Positions 1-8,390 of a stretch of DNA of 32,117 nt are shown here, piece after piece; position 1 is the first letter of the stretch; each line of letters opens with the position of its first letter. The notes under the pieces were generated by a model. That model worked only from the letters and a program-made list of their open reading frames with translations, was not told where the DNA came from and searched no databases. A program made the translations under genes and the position numbers. Source of the DNA: a virus (taxonomy: Duplodnaviria > Caudoviricetes); IMG/VR virus record IMGVR_UViG_3300046779_000644, positions 1 to 32,117 of that record; one strand, written 5' to 3'.

Positions 1-785
1 GCACCAATCACAAGTGTGTTACCTTTGAATGATGCAATAGCCTTAGCAGTTTCAAGTGCCGCATCCGCTTGCTTCATACGAGCCTGTGCATCCATATATT
101 GAATAGCACCTGCATTTTGTGCTAGAGCCGCAATACGACGGGCTTCTGCTTCAGCAGTTTTAACTTCAACTTCTTTTTGCTTCAACTCGTTTTTACTACG
201 AACCAAATCATTTGCACTTGCAACAACTGTATCACTTGGAACTACATTACGAATCATAACCTGTGTGATAGTGATACTACCATCTAGTTTTTCTTCAGCA
301 AGGTTGCGTGTGATTTCATCTTTGATGTAGTTCTCCATCTCAGTGCGATTGTCTGCCATATCCAATGCTTCATACTTTCGTGCAGACTTGTAGATAGCAT
401 TACGGGCATTCTGAACAATATAGTTATACATCAGGTAAGTATCGCCCTTAAATTCAGCGTGGAAACTGCGGTTCTTAGTAGAATACAATTCAGCGGCTTG
501 ATTCTTATTGATGTTGTAAACAATCACAGCATCAAGGTCTTTCATAGTGCTGTTGTCTTTTGCAACAGGAGTCATATTATCAATAGTGATATTAACATCC
601 TTGTATGGGAAGGTCAATACATCACCGACAAGCACTTGATTGAAACTACCGGGTTCAAGTTCACCGGGCTTAACTTGTTTGTCAAAGCCAACACGAACAC
701 CAACTTCACCTGTTTCAATACGGGTACAAGCACTAGTCATTGCAACTGCAATGGCGATAAGAGAGAGTTTAATAGAACGATTCAT
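1..785 (-). CDS. SPFH/band-7 (prohibitin-like) lipoprotein, 3' end outside window
   Basis: Manually translated, absent from ORF track: MNRSIKLSLIAIAVAMTSAC (lipobox) TRIETGEVGVRVGF..., C-terminal coiled coil (ELKQKEVEVKTAEAEARRIAALA) typical of SPFH proteins. Confidence 0.85.
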   Translation of the reverse strand, partial: MNRSIKLSLIAIAVAMTSACTRIETGEVGVRVGFDKQVKPGELEPGSFNQVLVGDVLTFPYKDVNITIDNMTPVAKDNSTMKDLDAVIVYNINKNQAAELYSTKNRSFHAEFKGDTYLMYNYIVQNARNAIYKSARKYEALDMADNRTEMENYIKDEITRNLAEEKLDGSITITQVMIRNVVPSDTVVASANDLVRSKNELKQKEVEVKTAEAEARRIAALAQNAGAIQYMDAQARMKQADAALETAKAIASFKGNTLVIG

Positions 786-786
786 T

Positions 787-873
787 TTAAATAATACCTT
801 TTACAAAAAGAAAGAAACAGAATACGAAACCAAGAATAAAATACAATGGTCTCACTAGAAATTCAGGAAACAT
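787..873 (-). CDS. 28-aa single-TM membrane peptide
   Basis: MFPEFLVRPLYFILGFVFCFFLFVKGII*; AAGGA SD upstream; abuts SPFH start. Confidence 0.6.
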   Translation of the reverse strand: MFPEFLVRPLYFILGFVFCFFLFVKGII

Positions 874-881
874 AATAGTCC

Positions 882-1058
882 TTAAAATAAAACAACGATT
901 GAAATCAATACTGCAACTGTCAGTACAGCACAGATTATACTGTACCCTACGATTTTAGTCAAGGCTAATGCCTCTTTACCGGTAAGATTTCTTACGGTTT
1001 TGATACCCAAAAAGAATAACCCAAAAATGAGTACAAAAAATAGTAATACTTTAATCAT
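882..1058 (-). CDS. 58-aa two-TM membrane protein
   Basis: MIKVLLFFVLIFGLFFLG...CAVLTVAVLISIVVLF*; ATGA overlap with upstream gene. Confidence 0.7.
   Translation of the reverse strand: MIKVLLFFVLIFGLFFLGIKTVRNLTGKEALALTKIVGYSIICAVLTVAVLISIVVLF
934..962 (-). promoter_or_regulatory. sigma70-type promoter inside CDS, facing the peptide+SPFH genes
   Basis: TTGACT-17 bp-TATAAT on minus strand. Confidence 0.65.
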
Positions 1059-1252
1059 AGTTCAACTCCAAAATGTTCTTTAATCTGATTCATTGCGTCA
1101 TCATACCCATTTAGATATAAATTAGACATACATTCCTGGACAATCAACTCGGTAAACTTTTCCATACAGTGTTCCCACTTTTCTCGTCTCGCTCCGAGTC
1201 CGTAGATTTCAAGTCCAGATTCTTTTTCAAACTTTCTAATAAGTTCGTTCAT
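1055..1252 (-). CDS. MNER/EKFAELI/HFGVE-family small phage protein (paralog 1)
   Basis: EKFTELIVQEC and IKEHFGVE motifs shared with four other ORFs in window. Confidence 0.8.
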   Translation of the reverse strand: MNELIRKFEKESGLEIYGLGARREKWEHCMEKFTELIVQECMSNLYLNGYDDAMNQIKEHFGVEL

Positions 1253-1449
1253 TGTGCTTCTACCTTAATACCACAATCTAATCTATTGGGATTGGGACAA
1301 TCAACTTTAAGTCTATCTACTCCACACTTAGGGCAAATAACTTGATAGTTGCGGGTCTTTACAAACTTTTCATATTCTTCTTGTGTGCCTTCACTGTATC
1401 CACCATCACCTGCGTGAATATCAAATCCGGCTTTGATGTTGTCTTTCAT
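1249..1449 (-). CDS. hypothetical protein with CxxC...C...C (possible Zn ribbon)
   Basis: ORF track; CPKC and two further Cys; ATGA overlaps both sides. Confidence 0.7.
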   Translation of the reverse strand: MKDNIKAGFDIHAGDGGYSEGTQEEYEKFVKTRNYQVICPKCGVDRLKVDCPNPNRLDCGIKVEAQ

Positions 1450-1646
1450 TCTTGAACTCCAAAATGTTCTTTAATCTGTTCACCAATCATACGACCGGTC
1501 CAAGCAGGATGTTCTTCACAAGTCACTAACATTTCCTGAATAATCAATTCGGCGAACTTTTCAAATTCTTCACCGATGCCCATTGCTTCAAGGACAAAAT
1601 CGTGCAGTCCAGCCTGTTCAGCAAGTTCTTGAATTCGTTCGTTCAT
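1446..1646 (-). CDS. MNER-family small phage protein (paralog 2)
   Basis: Start reassigned to MNERIQELAEQAG at 1646; EKFAELII, IKEHFGV. Confidence 0.8.
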   Translation of the reverse strand: MNERIQELAEQAGLHDFVLEAMGIGEEFEKFAELIIQEMLVTCEEHPAWTGRMIGEQIKEHFGVQE

Positions 1647-1726
1647 AATAAATCTTCCGGGCAAGGTGTTCTTACCATATCAACGATAACATACACCCAT
1701 AATAAAAAATACAAATATTCTATCAT
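1643..1726 (-). CDS. 27-aa membrane peptide
   Basis: MIEYLYFLLWVYVIVDMVRTPCPEDLL*; ATGA overlap with paralog 2. Confidence 0.55.
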   Translation of the reverse strand: MIEYLYFLLWVYVIVDMVRTPCPEDLL

Positions 1727-1729
1727 ACT

Positions 1730-1951
1730 TCAACTCCGAAATGTTTCTCTAATCGCTTTAAGACATTCAACAATAATCTTATCCTGTGCTTCAAAGTGCG
1801 TTGGAACAGATTTAATAGATTTCTCACATTCCTCTACAATCAACTCGGCGAACTTTTCTATGCCTTCTTTAGCATAGTCATCAAGTTCGTCCCAACATCC
1901 TTGTGCAGTCAATCCTGCTTGGTATAAACAATGTTCGATTCGTTCGTTCAT
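1730..1951 (-). CDS. MNER-family small phage protein (paralog 3; frameshifted C-terminus)
   Basis: MNERIEHCLYQAG, EKFAELIVEEC; HFGVEV* tail present in a shifted frame. Confidence 0.75.
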   Translation of the reverse strand: MNERIEHCLYQAGLTAQGCWDELDDYAKEGIEKFAELIVEECEKSIKSVPTHFEAQDKIIVECLKAIRETFRS

Positions 1952-3297
1952 TTGTCATCCCTGAAACGAACAAAGCGTGGGAAACGCAAACTGTAAGTAC
2001 CATCTTGGTTCTGTGTAATTACATCACACAATACTTCACAAGTTCGACCAATGACCATATTGCGATTATTCCAGTAATCATCTCTATCAGTATCACTAAA
2101 GCCACTACCCACATTGACTGTAATTTCTTTCCCGTCGTCAACTCCATGACAAACCAGTGCTCCAAGTCTTCCCAAGTTTCTACCAGTACCTTCTTCAACA
2201 CCTACGACCTCCAAGTCTACTGTTAATGTGGGCTTCCACTTCATCCAGTCTGTGCTACGCTTACACACATATGGCGCTTCTAACTCTTTAATCATAATGC
2301 CTTCAAAGCCGGCAATAACATTGTCTTTAGCATAGCGTTCAAGTTGATCCTTACCTGCCGCAGTGTCGAGGTCGACCATGATGTGCGGCAATAGTTCTAC
2401 ATTAGGCATAGTATCAACAACTGGGCGCATACTATCAAGTAATGCGATACGCTTACGCAATTGAGCATTCCAATGTCCTTCACGGAAACTTGCTAGAGGA
2501 ATAATATCAAAGATATTGAACACACTATCATCGGCTTGAACATCAGTCTTACGGCGTGCTTGACGCATTAGTTCTTGGAATGTATTACCAATCACTTCAC
2601 CATCTAACACAAAGCCATCAATCAAACTACGGCCTTGATCGGTACTATTACAAGCACGAACAATCTTAACAAAGTTATCACTAACTTGTTGTTCAATGTG
2701 TGTAAAGTTATCAAAGACTTTGCCGTTGCGGCTGTAGCAAACTGTAGAGATACCTTCGCTTGCACCCGGAATGACAAACATCAATACACGCACACCATCA
2801 AGTTTAGGCTCTAGTCGTTTAGTGCCTTTCATCTCCGGGCGACCTTCACTGTTAGTTGCAAGTTGACAACCGAATACAGGAATCTCGTAGTCAGTCTTTT
2901 TACAAACTTTATTGATAGTCTTATCGCTAATACCTGCTCGCAAGTCTCTGCGAATAACCGGTGCACAGAATTTATTCCATTCTTCACTATCGAATCGTTC
3001 GCTCATGTCATTGATAGCATCAAGTGCGGCATTGCCTGACAAGCCTCGTGAACCTAACTCACACAATAGTTTATCAAAGTCTTCCCATGGATTCTCTGCA
3101 TCAACAATACCCACAGTATCAGGAACTTTTCTGACACCGAATGTCACATAGGGATTATATGTAAGTTTAGTCAATGTCAAAAATTTGATAGCATTGTCAC
3201 TACCAAGGACACTTGCCTCTAATGCTTGTTTGAGTACATCTTCCTTATGAAGGCGACTATCTGATTCGTTTAGTTTATTAATCCAACTTGCTGACAT
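1948..3297 (-). CDS. lig: ATP-dependent DNA ligase
   Basis: Motif I EPKLDGVR, LDGE, FDI, EGIMIK, WMKWK, VGSGF and final LRFPRF of phage ATP-dependent ligases. Confidence 0.95.
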   Translation of the reverse strand: MSASWINKLNESDSRLHKEDVLKQALEASVLGSDNAIKFLTLTKLTYNPYVTFGVRKVPDTVGIVDAENPWEDFDKLLCELGSRGLSGNAALDAINDMSERFDSEEWNKFCAPVIRRDLRAGISDKTINKVCKKTDYEIPVFGCQLATNSEGRPEMKGTKRLEPKLDGVRVLMFVIPGASEGISTVCYSRNGKVFDNFTHIEQQVSDNFVKIVRACNSTDQGRSLIDGFVLDGEVIGNTFQELMRQARRKTDVQADDSVFNIFDIIPLASFREGHWNAQLRKRIALLDSMRPVVDTMPNVELLPHIMVDLDTAAGKDQLERYAKDNVIAGFEGIMIKELEAPYVCKRSTDWMKWKPTLTVDLEVVGVEEGTGRNLGRLGALVCHGVDDGKEITVNVGSGFSDTDRDDYWNNRNMVIGRTCEVLCDVITQNQDGTYSLRFPRFVRFRDDK

Positions 3298-3300
3298 ATT

Positions 3301-3786
3301 TTATCCTGAGAATGGCCACGCTGTTGTTGCTACAAAAGGTGGACGGGGTTTTAATTCAATAGTTTCAATAGACTCATTATACACATCTTCGTCAATTTTG
3401 TCAACTACAAATGGACCCAAAATTGTGACTGTATCCTCTTCAACTTCCCAATCGTGCTCCCCGTCATAAAGCCAACCTGCACCACCATCTGCCCAAAGTT
3501 GTTCGATTTCTTCTTTTTCTTCGTCTGTGAAACTATCATCGAATTCAAAATCTACTGCACATAGGTCATCAAGTTCGCAACCCCAACCGATAACTGGATC
3601 GACACAATGATATTTGTCATCACTAAAGGGTAACTCAGATTCATCTTCTACAAATCCTTGACCCCAGCGATAGAGTTCAGTTACACTCCAACCCTTAGTA
3701 GAACCATCGGGCATTTGTTTGTATACATCATAAAATGCTTCAACTGATTTTTTGTCTTTGGGTTTAATACGATATAAAATAGCCAT
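3301..3786 (-). CDS. acidic hypothetical protein (distant paralog of 31509-31925)
   Basis: ORF track; AGGA SD; KKS, YRWG, LDDxC, EEIE, GP motifs. Confidence 0.8.
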   Translation of the reverse strand: MAILYRIKPKDKKSVEAFYDVYKQMPDGSTKGWSVTELYRWGQGFVEDESELPFSDDKYHCVDPVIGWGCELDDLCAVDFEFDDSFTDEEKEEIEQLWADGGAGWLYDGEHDWEVEEDTVTILGPFVVDKIDEDVYNESIETIELKPRPPFVATTAWPFSG

Positions 3787-3794
3787 TACATTCC

Positions 3795-4190
3795 TTAATA
3801 TAAGTGCGGTTCAGTTGAAGGCTCATCCCTCAAAATCTTCACCACTTCTTCTTTGCTAGTAAAGATCAAACCAGTTTGTTCTAAAATAATTCTACGTTGC
3901 TCTGAATTTAGTTCAGTCCACTTAGCTACATTTTCATAACTGCCATATGATTCTTGTGGCATAGTATCACGCATCCAACCAACCAGTGACTTGAATGCGG
4001 TAACAGTATTACTAGGATGACTACATGAAATTGCGCTTACAAAATCATTAGCCAGGACACTCGTGAAACAACTGCCAGGAGTCCAACCAAATACAAGATA
4101 GTTGTAGAAAGGTTCTGCAAAATCCTTAGGAACATCCCAATGCTTAAATGTCTGCAATAGTTTGTTTTTGCTGTATTTTGAAAGATTCAT
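3795..4190 (-). CDS. hypothetical phage protein
   Basis: 131-aa ORF, PGSCFTSVLAND...YGS segment; ATGA overlap. Confidence 0.8.
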   Translation of the reverse strand: MNLSKYSKNKLLQTFKHWDVPKDFAEPFYNYLVFGWTPGSCFTSVLANDFVSAISCSHPSNTVTAFKSLVGWMRDTMPQESYGSYENVAKWTELNSEQRRIILEQTGLIFTSKEEVVKILRDEPSTEPHLY

Positions 4191-4348
4191 CGCAGTTCCT
4201 CTAATGCTCGTTTAACATGTTTCTTTTTATAGTGCGAAAAGATTTTGATAATATCCTCGTCAAACAAGTAGTGATGGTTCGTCCGGTTATGTTCACCTAG
4301 AAACTCACTAATTTCTTCTACTATCTTTTGAAACTTTTCTTCTTTCAT
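4187..4348 (-). CDS. 53-aa hypothetical protein
   Basis: MKEEKFQKIVEEISEFLGEH...LEELR*; ATGA overlaps both sides. Confidence 0.65.
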   Translation of the reverse strand: MKEEKFQKIVEEISEFLGEHNRTNHHYLFDEDIIKIFSHYKKKHVKRALEELR

Positions 4349-4452
4349 TCTACTACTCTATATTCTGATTTAGGATAAGTTGCCAATAGCCATTCTAACA
4401 TTTCTTCGCTATATGGCAACCTAACTGAATCATATTTGTTTGTAATGTACAT
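4345..4452 (-). CDS. 35-aa hypothetical protein
   Basis: MYITNKYDSVRLPYSEEMLEWLLATYPKSEYRVVE*; coupled to both neighbours. Confidence 0.6.
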   Translation of the reverse strand: MYITNKYDSVRLPYSEEMLEWLLATYPKSEYRVVE

Positions 4453-4880
4453 CACCAGCTACTATTATAAAACACTTTCAATCCTAAGAACACTTCTGCC
4501 TTAGCGTTGTTTACAAACTCAAGGTCTTGTTCATAGTAATGATTATCTGAAGGATTACCAAAGAAGAAACCTTCTGTATCTGGAAGCTGACCGTGACGAA
4601 TAGCTCGTTCAAGTTCATCCAAGTCATCCCATGTTAGTTCAAGTTCAATGCCGTTGAATATAGGCCAACCTACACTTTCTCTTGGACGACCTTTGCGTTC
4701 CCAAAGCTTTTCCATCCAACCATGAAGATTAGGGTGTTTACGCCAATAAGCAAGTTCTCTTGGTTTGTTAACAACATCACTTTCAAAATCATTTGTTATT
4801 CCATCAAACTCTGCGACTTCATAGAATTCATTGTATTGCCCTTTTTTCTTGGCAACATATGCGTATTGATCTAGACCCAT
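4452..4880 (-). CDS. conserved phage hypothetical protein (MGLD...YWRK...SSW type)
   Basis: MGLDQYAY, YWRKHPNLHGWM, GFFFG, YNSSW motifs recognised from phage proteins. Confidence 0.85.
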   Translation of the reverse strand: MGLDQYAYVAKKKGQYNEFYEVAEFDGITNDFESDVVNKPRELAYWRKHPNLHGWMEKLWERKGRPRESVGWPIFNGIELELTWDDLDELERAIRHGQLPDTEGFFFGNPSDNHYYEQDLEFVNNAKAEVFLGLKVFYNSSW

Positions 4881-5009
4881 TTATTTCACCTGTTCCTGTG
4901 ATACTTCTTTAACTTTATTAACACCATTGTCAAGCATTTTAGCGATGCCACTAAAGCCCACTGTTGCTACAACAACACCAAGAATAAAACCAATCAATAA
5001 TTTACTCAT
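4881..5009 (-). CDS. 42-aa membrane-anchored peptide
   Basis: MSKLLIGFILGVVVATVGFSGIAKMLDNGVNKVKEVSQEQVK*; GAGGAG upstream. Confidence 0.7.
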   Translation of the reverse strand: MSKLLIGFILGVVVATVGFSGIAKMLDNGVNKVKEVSQEQVK

Positions 5010-5229
5010 CACTCATCTCCTCAACTCCAAAATGTATTAACAAATCCCTACCTAACAACGGACCATGTTCCCATACGCTACATGCATATCGGTTACATTC
5101 TCTAACAATCAGTTCTGCAAACTTTTCAGTATCAAACCGATCAACCATATAACTATCAAAAGCATTAGTACCGCGTTGTTCACGGACGATACATTGTGCC
5201 TTCAATTCATTAATTAATTCTATATTCAT
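5002..5229 (-). CDS. MNER-family small phage protein (paralog 4)
   Basis: EKFAELIVREC, HFGVEE. Confidence 0.8.
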   Translation of the reverse strand: MNIELINELKAQCIVREQRGTNAFDSYMVDRFDTEKFAELIVRECNRYACSVWEHGPLLGRDLLIHFGVEEMSDE

Positions 5230-5426
5230 TCTTCAACTCCGATTCCAAAATGTCGTTTAACGGCCCGGCTAGTGTTCCATCCTATGCCCTTAAATAGATT
5301 TCGTTCAATCACTGTGGCGCATTCTTGTACAATCAATTCGGCAAACTTTTCGTATACCGTGTCTTTAGGCATAGTGACATATTTTACGCCAGCCTGTTCT
5401 AAAAGTTCTTTAATTCGTTCGTTCAT
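5226..5426 (-). CDS. MNER-family small phage protein (paralog 5)
   Basis: MNERIKELLEQAG, EKFAELIVQEC, HFGIGVEE. Confidence 0.8.
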   Translation of the reverse strand: MNERIKELLEQAGVKYVTMPKDTVYEKFAELIVQECATVIERNLFKGIGWNTSRAVKRHFGIGVEE

Positions 5427-6076
5427 GCGATAACCTTTACACGATTAAGTTGGGTTGTATTATCACGCTGTCCTTTGACAGTACCATAAATGTCAAACAG
5501 ATTGCCTACTGGCAATTCATTCTTATAAGCAAAGAACACTACTTGGTCATCACAAGTGATACCGGTAATATAATTTGTAGCCCATTTTTGAGAATAAACT
5601 GATTTCAATACTTCGATTGCAACTGATACTTTATCACCAATTGTACCAATGAAACCACCTTGTGCAAAACTGATACGCTGGTCTACTGTTTGTCGTTTTA
5701 CGCCACGCTCATAGCATGATGGCAAACTTGCAATAACTGCAACATCATAATTGCTAGTGATAACATCACGATTGGCAATCAACATTGCAGTGTTGTCAAA
5801 CTCGTTCAATCGTTTGCCTTGCAAGATTTTGAATGTGTATGCCTGATAGAATGCACGAACCTTTTTACCTTGTTCAAAATCCTCTGTAGTAATCATGCGA
5901 GGATCAACCAGCAATGATTCAACAATTTGACGATTGGAAAGTTTGTTCAGTTCCTTGTCTGATTCGGACAACATACTCAGTTTAACATACGCACCATTGA
6001 TGCGTTGTGCCTGACATGCCGCACCCCACACATCATTGGCATTCAAATTAAGAACGGGTTGTTGATTGCGAGCCAT
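5423..6076 (-). CDS. hypothetical protein with probable C-terminal OB-fold
   Basis: AGGAG SD; beta-rich C-terminus GTIGDKV...GTVKGQ...TQLNRVKV; fold is inference. Confidence 0.75.
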   Translation of the reverse strand: MARNQQPVLNLNANDVWGAACQAQRINGAYVKLSMLSESDKELNKLSNRQIVESLLVDPRMITTEDFEQGKKVRAFYQAYTFKILQGKRLNEFDNTAMLIANRDVITSNYDVAVIASLPSCYERGVKRQTVDQRISFAQGGFIGTIGDKVSVAIEVLKSVYSQKWATNYITGITCDDQVVFFAYKNELPVGNLFDIYGTVKGQRDNTTQLNRVKVIA

Positions 6077-6085
6077 GACTACTCC

Positions 6086-6343
6086 TTAAGCGAATTCGTA
6101 AAACTTAACTGTTGGGTCCAACTTTTTCAACTCACGTGCCGCTTTACTCAATTCATTGTAGCGGGCTTGAACAAGACTACGGGGCAGTTCGCCGTCGCAA
6201 GTCAAATTCTCAGGACTCAAATCACAATCGATTGAATCGGCAATCTTTTGACGGTCAGTAGCATTGTCCAAAGTAAGTGCCTTGGCACCAAAGATTGTAG
6301 CATAAGCGTTTTTACGATCCAGATATGTTTTTAATGCTGACAT
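6086..6343 (-). CDS. hypothetical early protein
   Basis: Start MSALK after AAAGGA SD; LSPENLTCDGEL motif. Confidence 0.8.
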   Translation of the reverse strand: MSALKTYLDRKNAYATIFGAKALTLDNATDRQKIADSIDCDLSPENLTCDGELPRSLVQARYNELSKAARELKKLDPTVKFYEFA

Positions 6344-6375
6344 TTTGTTTCCTTTGTTCAACTGATTAAGACTCT

Positions 6376-6404
6376 ATTATAAACCCAAATCCATTTATTG
6401 TCAA
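6376..6404 (-). promoter_or_regulatory. consensus sigma70 early promoter (repeat copy 1)
   Basis: TTGACA-17 bp-TATAAT. Confidence 0.9.
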
Positions 6405-6411
6405 GTTTTGA

Positions 6412-6711
6412 TTAAAGCTCATTGCAATGGATGTACGATCCAACTTGTCTGCATTGCACTTGTCGCGGAGTAGCATTTATCCTTGCGGCTTCTGATGCCG
6501 CGGCTTGTTGGGCCCTTGCATTCCTAATGTTTTGACTGGTCGCTAATACACAATTTTGATATTGAGGAGTACCGGGCACGAATCCCATTTTAGAGCAATC
6601 TTCCATTGCAAGTTCGGCCGAGGAAGTTACATATCGGCGAGCACCATCTTGTAGTTGGGCACATCCGGTAAACATAACACTTACTGCTACTACTGCGAGG
6701 ATTCGTTTCAT
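6412..6711 (-). CDS. lipoprotein
   Basis: Signal peptide with lipobox FTGC; four further Cys; GGAG SD. Confidence 0.8.
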   Translation of the reverse strand: MKRILAVVAVSVMFTGCAQLQDGARRYVTSSAELAMEDCSKMGFVPGTPQYQNCVLATSQNIRNARAQQAAASEAARINATPRQVQCRQVGSYIHCNEL

Positions 6712-6744
6712 TTAAAACTCCGTTGTTTAACTTACTAAGACTCT

Positions 6745-6773
6745 ATTATAGCACAAAGCCCATTTATTGTCAA
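6745..6773 (-). promoter_or_regulatory. consensus sigma70 early promoter (repeat copy 2)
   Basis: TTGACA-17 bp-TATAAT; -35 overlaps TGA stop of upstream gene. Confidence 0.9.
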
Positions 6774-7000
6774 ATTTTGGCGTATTCGGGAACCGTTTCT
6801 TCACGGGCGGCCAAGATGATATCGCGGACTCGTTCGCGGTCTACACTATCACCACAGAATTCTTGACCATCGGCTAGACGGCATTTATAAAGTTGAGTAG
6901 CAAAACCGATCTGGGTGCTAGTGAAGCCCAAGGGGTAGACACCATCTGGACCATAAAAATCAAGCATGTACTGTGTGAAAGAATATTGTGAGAAAGTCAT
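6770..7000 (-). CDS. hypothetical early protein
   Basis: Start MTFSQY after AAGGAG SD; GDSVDRERVRDI motif. Confidence 0.8.
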   Translation of the reverse strand: MTFSQYSFTQYMLDFYGPDGVYPLGFTSTQIGFATQLYKCRLADGQEFCGDSVDRERVRDIILAAREETVPEYAKI

Positions 7001-7029
7001 ATCAGCTCCTTTAATCAATCTATAGACAT

Positions 7030-7058
7030 AGTATAGCAGAATGCCCATTTATTGTCAA
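7030..7058 (-). promoter_or_regulatory. sigma70 early promoter (repeat copy 3)
   Basis: TTGACA-17 bp-TATACT. Confidence 0.88.
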
Positions 7059-7069
7059 ATTTTGGATAT

Positions 7070-7093
7070 AAAAAAAGCCCCGTTTCAGGGGCT
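7070..7093 (-). terminator. Rho-independent terminator
   Basis: AGCCCC-6 nt loop-GGGGCT followed by U-run on minus strand. Confidence 0.85.
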
Positions 7094-7122
7094 AAAAAAG
7101 TAATACTTTTGTTTAATTATTG

Positions 7123-7326
7123 TCAACCTGGTAGTTTTGATTTCATAACAGTAAGCATTGCAACTTGGCGATCAATATCTTGTTTTAAGACTACCGCTTT
7201 TTTCTCTAGTTCTGCAAATTCCATTTGCATAGTAACTACAGATTTTTCCATTGCTTTACTCATAACAATTAAGTCAGCCGGACTCATTGTCAATGTTAGT
7301 GAATCACTAGAAGTTAGTTCAGACAT
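7123..7326 (-). CDS. small coiled-coil protein
   Basis: Start MSELTS after AAAGGA SD; heptad pattern; flanked by two terminators. Confidence 0.7.
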   Translation of the reverse strand: MSELTSSDSLTLTMSPADLIVMSKAMEKSVVTMQMEFAELEKKAVVLKQDIDRQVAMLTVMKSKLPG

Positions 7327-7382
7327 TTTGGTTCCTTTAAAATATATTTTATACATATAATTATCACAGGAAAATGTGTGCT

Positions 7383-7402
7383 AAAAAAAAGCCCTTTCGG
7401 GC
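7383..7402 (-). terminator. Rho-independent terminator
   Basis: GCCC-GAAA-GGGC followed by U8 on minus strand, just after stop at 7407. Confidence 0.85.
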
Positions 7403-7406
7403 CTTT

Positions 7407-7676
7407 TTATTTTTTGTTTGCACTTTGATTTACAAAGCCATACATCTTTTCAGCAGTTTCTAAAATCTTGTCCATACCTGGAAACTCAGGCATACCAACA
7501 GTAGTTACAAGTTGACCTGTCTTTTCGTCACGCTTGGCTGACAGTTCCCAACCCTGAAACTTCATTTGATATTCTTGTTGTACAACATCTTTAGCCATAG
7601 CCAAGATATCTGTGCGTAGTTCATAGCCATTCTTGTTAAATTTAACTTCTGGCATTTTTGGTGTTAAGTCTGACAT
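7407..7676 (-). CDS. conserved phage hypothetical protein
   Basis: KNGYELRTDILAMAKD...ILETAEKMYGFV; AAGGA SD. Confidence 0.85.
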   Translation of the reverse strand: MSDLTPKMPEVKFNKNGYELRTDILAMAKDVVQQEYQMKFQGWELSAKRDEKTGQLVTTVGMPEFPGMDKILETAEKMYGFVNQSANKK

Positions 7677-7734
7677 TTTATTTCCTTAAAAAGTGTATGT
7701 GTATTAAGTATAACAGTTTTGTTTTGTTATACAA

Positions 7735-8310
7735 TTATTTTGGTAATATTGGATTAGTCCACAAATCAGTTAAGCGTTTGCGTAACTTACCCATTTCTTT
7801 TAATATCTCTTTTTGCTCTTTCCAGAGTTGTGCATTGGCTTCAACGAATGTAGGCTCGGGAACTTCTAATGCGGCTGTACGCTCACCCGCACCTCGTTCT
7901 CTGGTAGTCAAATCATGCTTTGATGCTAAATGTTGTATGACACGATTATCTTCAATACAATGCATATAGATTTCAGATATATGATGGAACTTAGCAAACT
8001 CTAACATTTCTGAAATTAGTTTGTTTCCTATACCTTGTCGTTGATATTCTTTGTCAACAGAGACAGCAAGTTCCCAACTTCCGTCAGGATTTCTTGCTAA
8101 GTGTCCCCATCCCACACGGGTATCATCTGTTCTAGCGTACCATAATTCATGATCGTTAGGATGATAGCACATATTTAAAATCAATTGGTCTATCATGTGA
8201 TCTGTAATCAGATATCCAAAACGACTAATTTTATCCTCATTAGTAAGATTTTTTAAATGCCTACTGTAATCAAGTATCTTATATATGTTCGTGCGGTATG
8301 TGTAAATCAT
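7735..8310 (-). CDS. GNAT-family acetyltransferase
   Basis: ELAVSVDKEYQRQGIGNKL acetyl-CoA motif A; DNRVIQHLASK motif B. Confidence 0.9.
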   Translation of the reverse strand: MIYTYRTNIYKILDYSRHLKNLTNEDKISRFGYLITDHMIDQLILNMCYHPNDHELWYARTDDTRVGWGHLARNPDGSWELAVSVDKEYQRQGIGNKLISEMLEFAKFHHISEIYMHCIEDNRVIQHLASKHDLTTRERGAGERTAALEVPEPTFVEANAQLWKEQKEILKEMGKLRKRLTDLWTNPILPK

Positions 8311-8390
8311 TTCATTTTACTTGCTTTGTAATCTTTGATTGATTGAATCGCTTCAAGGATACTTGCTAATAGTTGTTTGATTTTGTTCAT
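8307..8390 (-). CDS. 27-aa amphipathic peptide
   Basis: MNKIKQLLASILEAIQSIKDYKASKMK*; ATGA overlaps both sides. Confidence 0.65.
   Translation of the reverse strand: MNKIKQLLASILEAIQSIKDYKASKMK

Noticed and set aside
459-858. Plus-strand ORFs 459-794 and 640-858, and the other antisense ORFs in the track
   Set aside because: Shadows of well-supported opposite-strand genes (here SPFH); no SD or motifs
1055-5426. Diversity-generating retroelement behind the paralog family
   Set aside because: No reverse transcriptase and no TR/VR pair differing only at adenines; variable parts are unrelated in length and sequence
6361-7066. Regularly spaced repeats as a CRISPR array
   Set aside because: Repeats are imperfect promoter consensus blocks separated by 250-340 bp protein-coding genes; no cas genes
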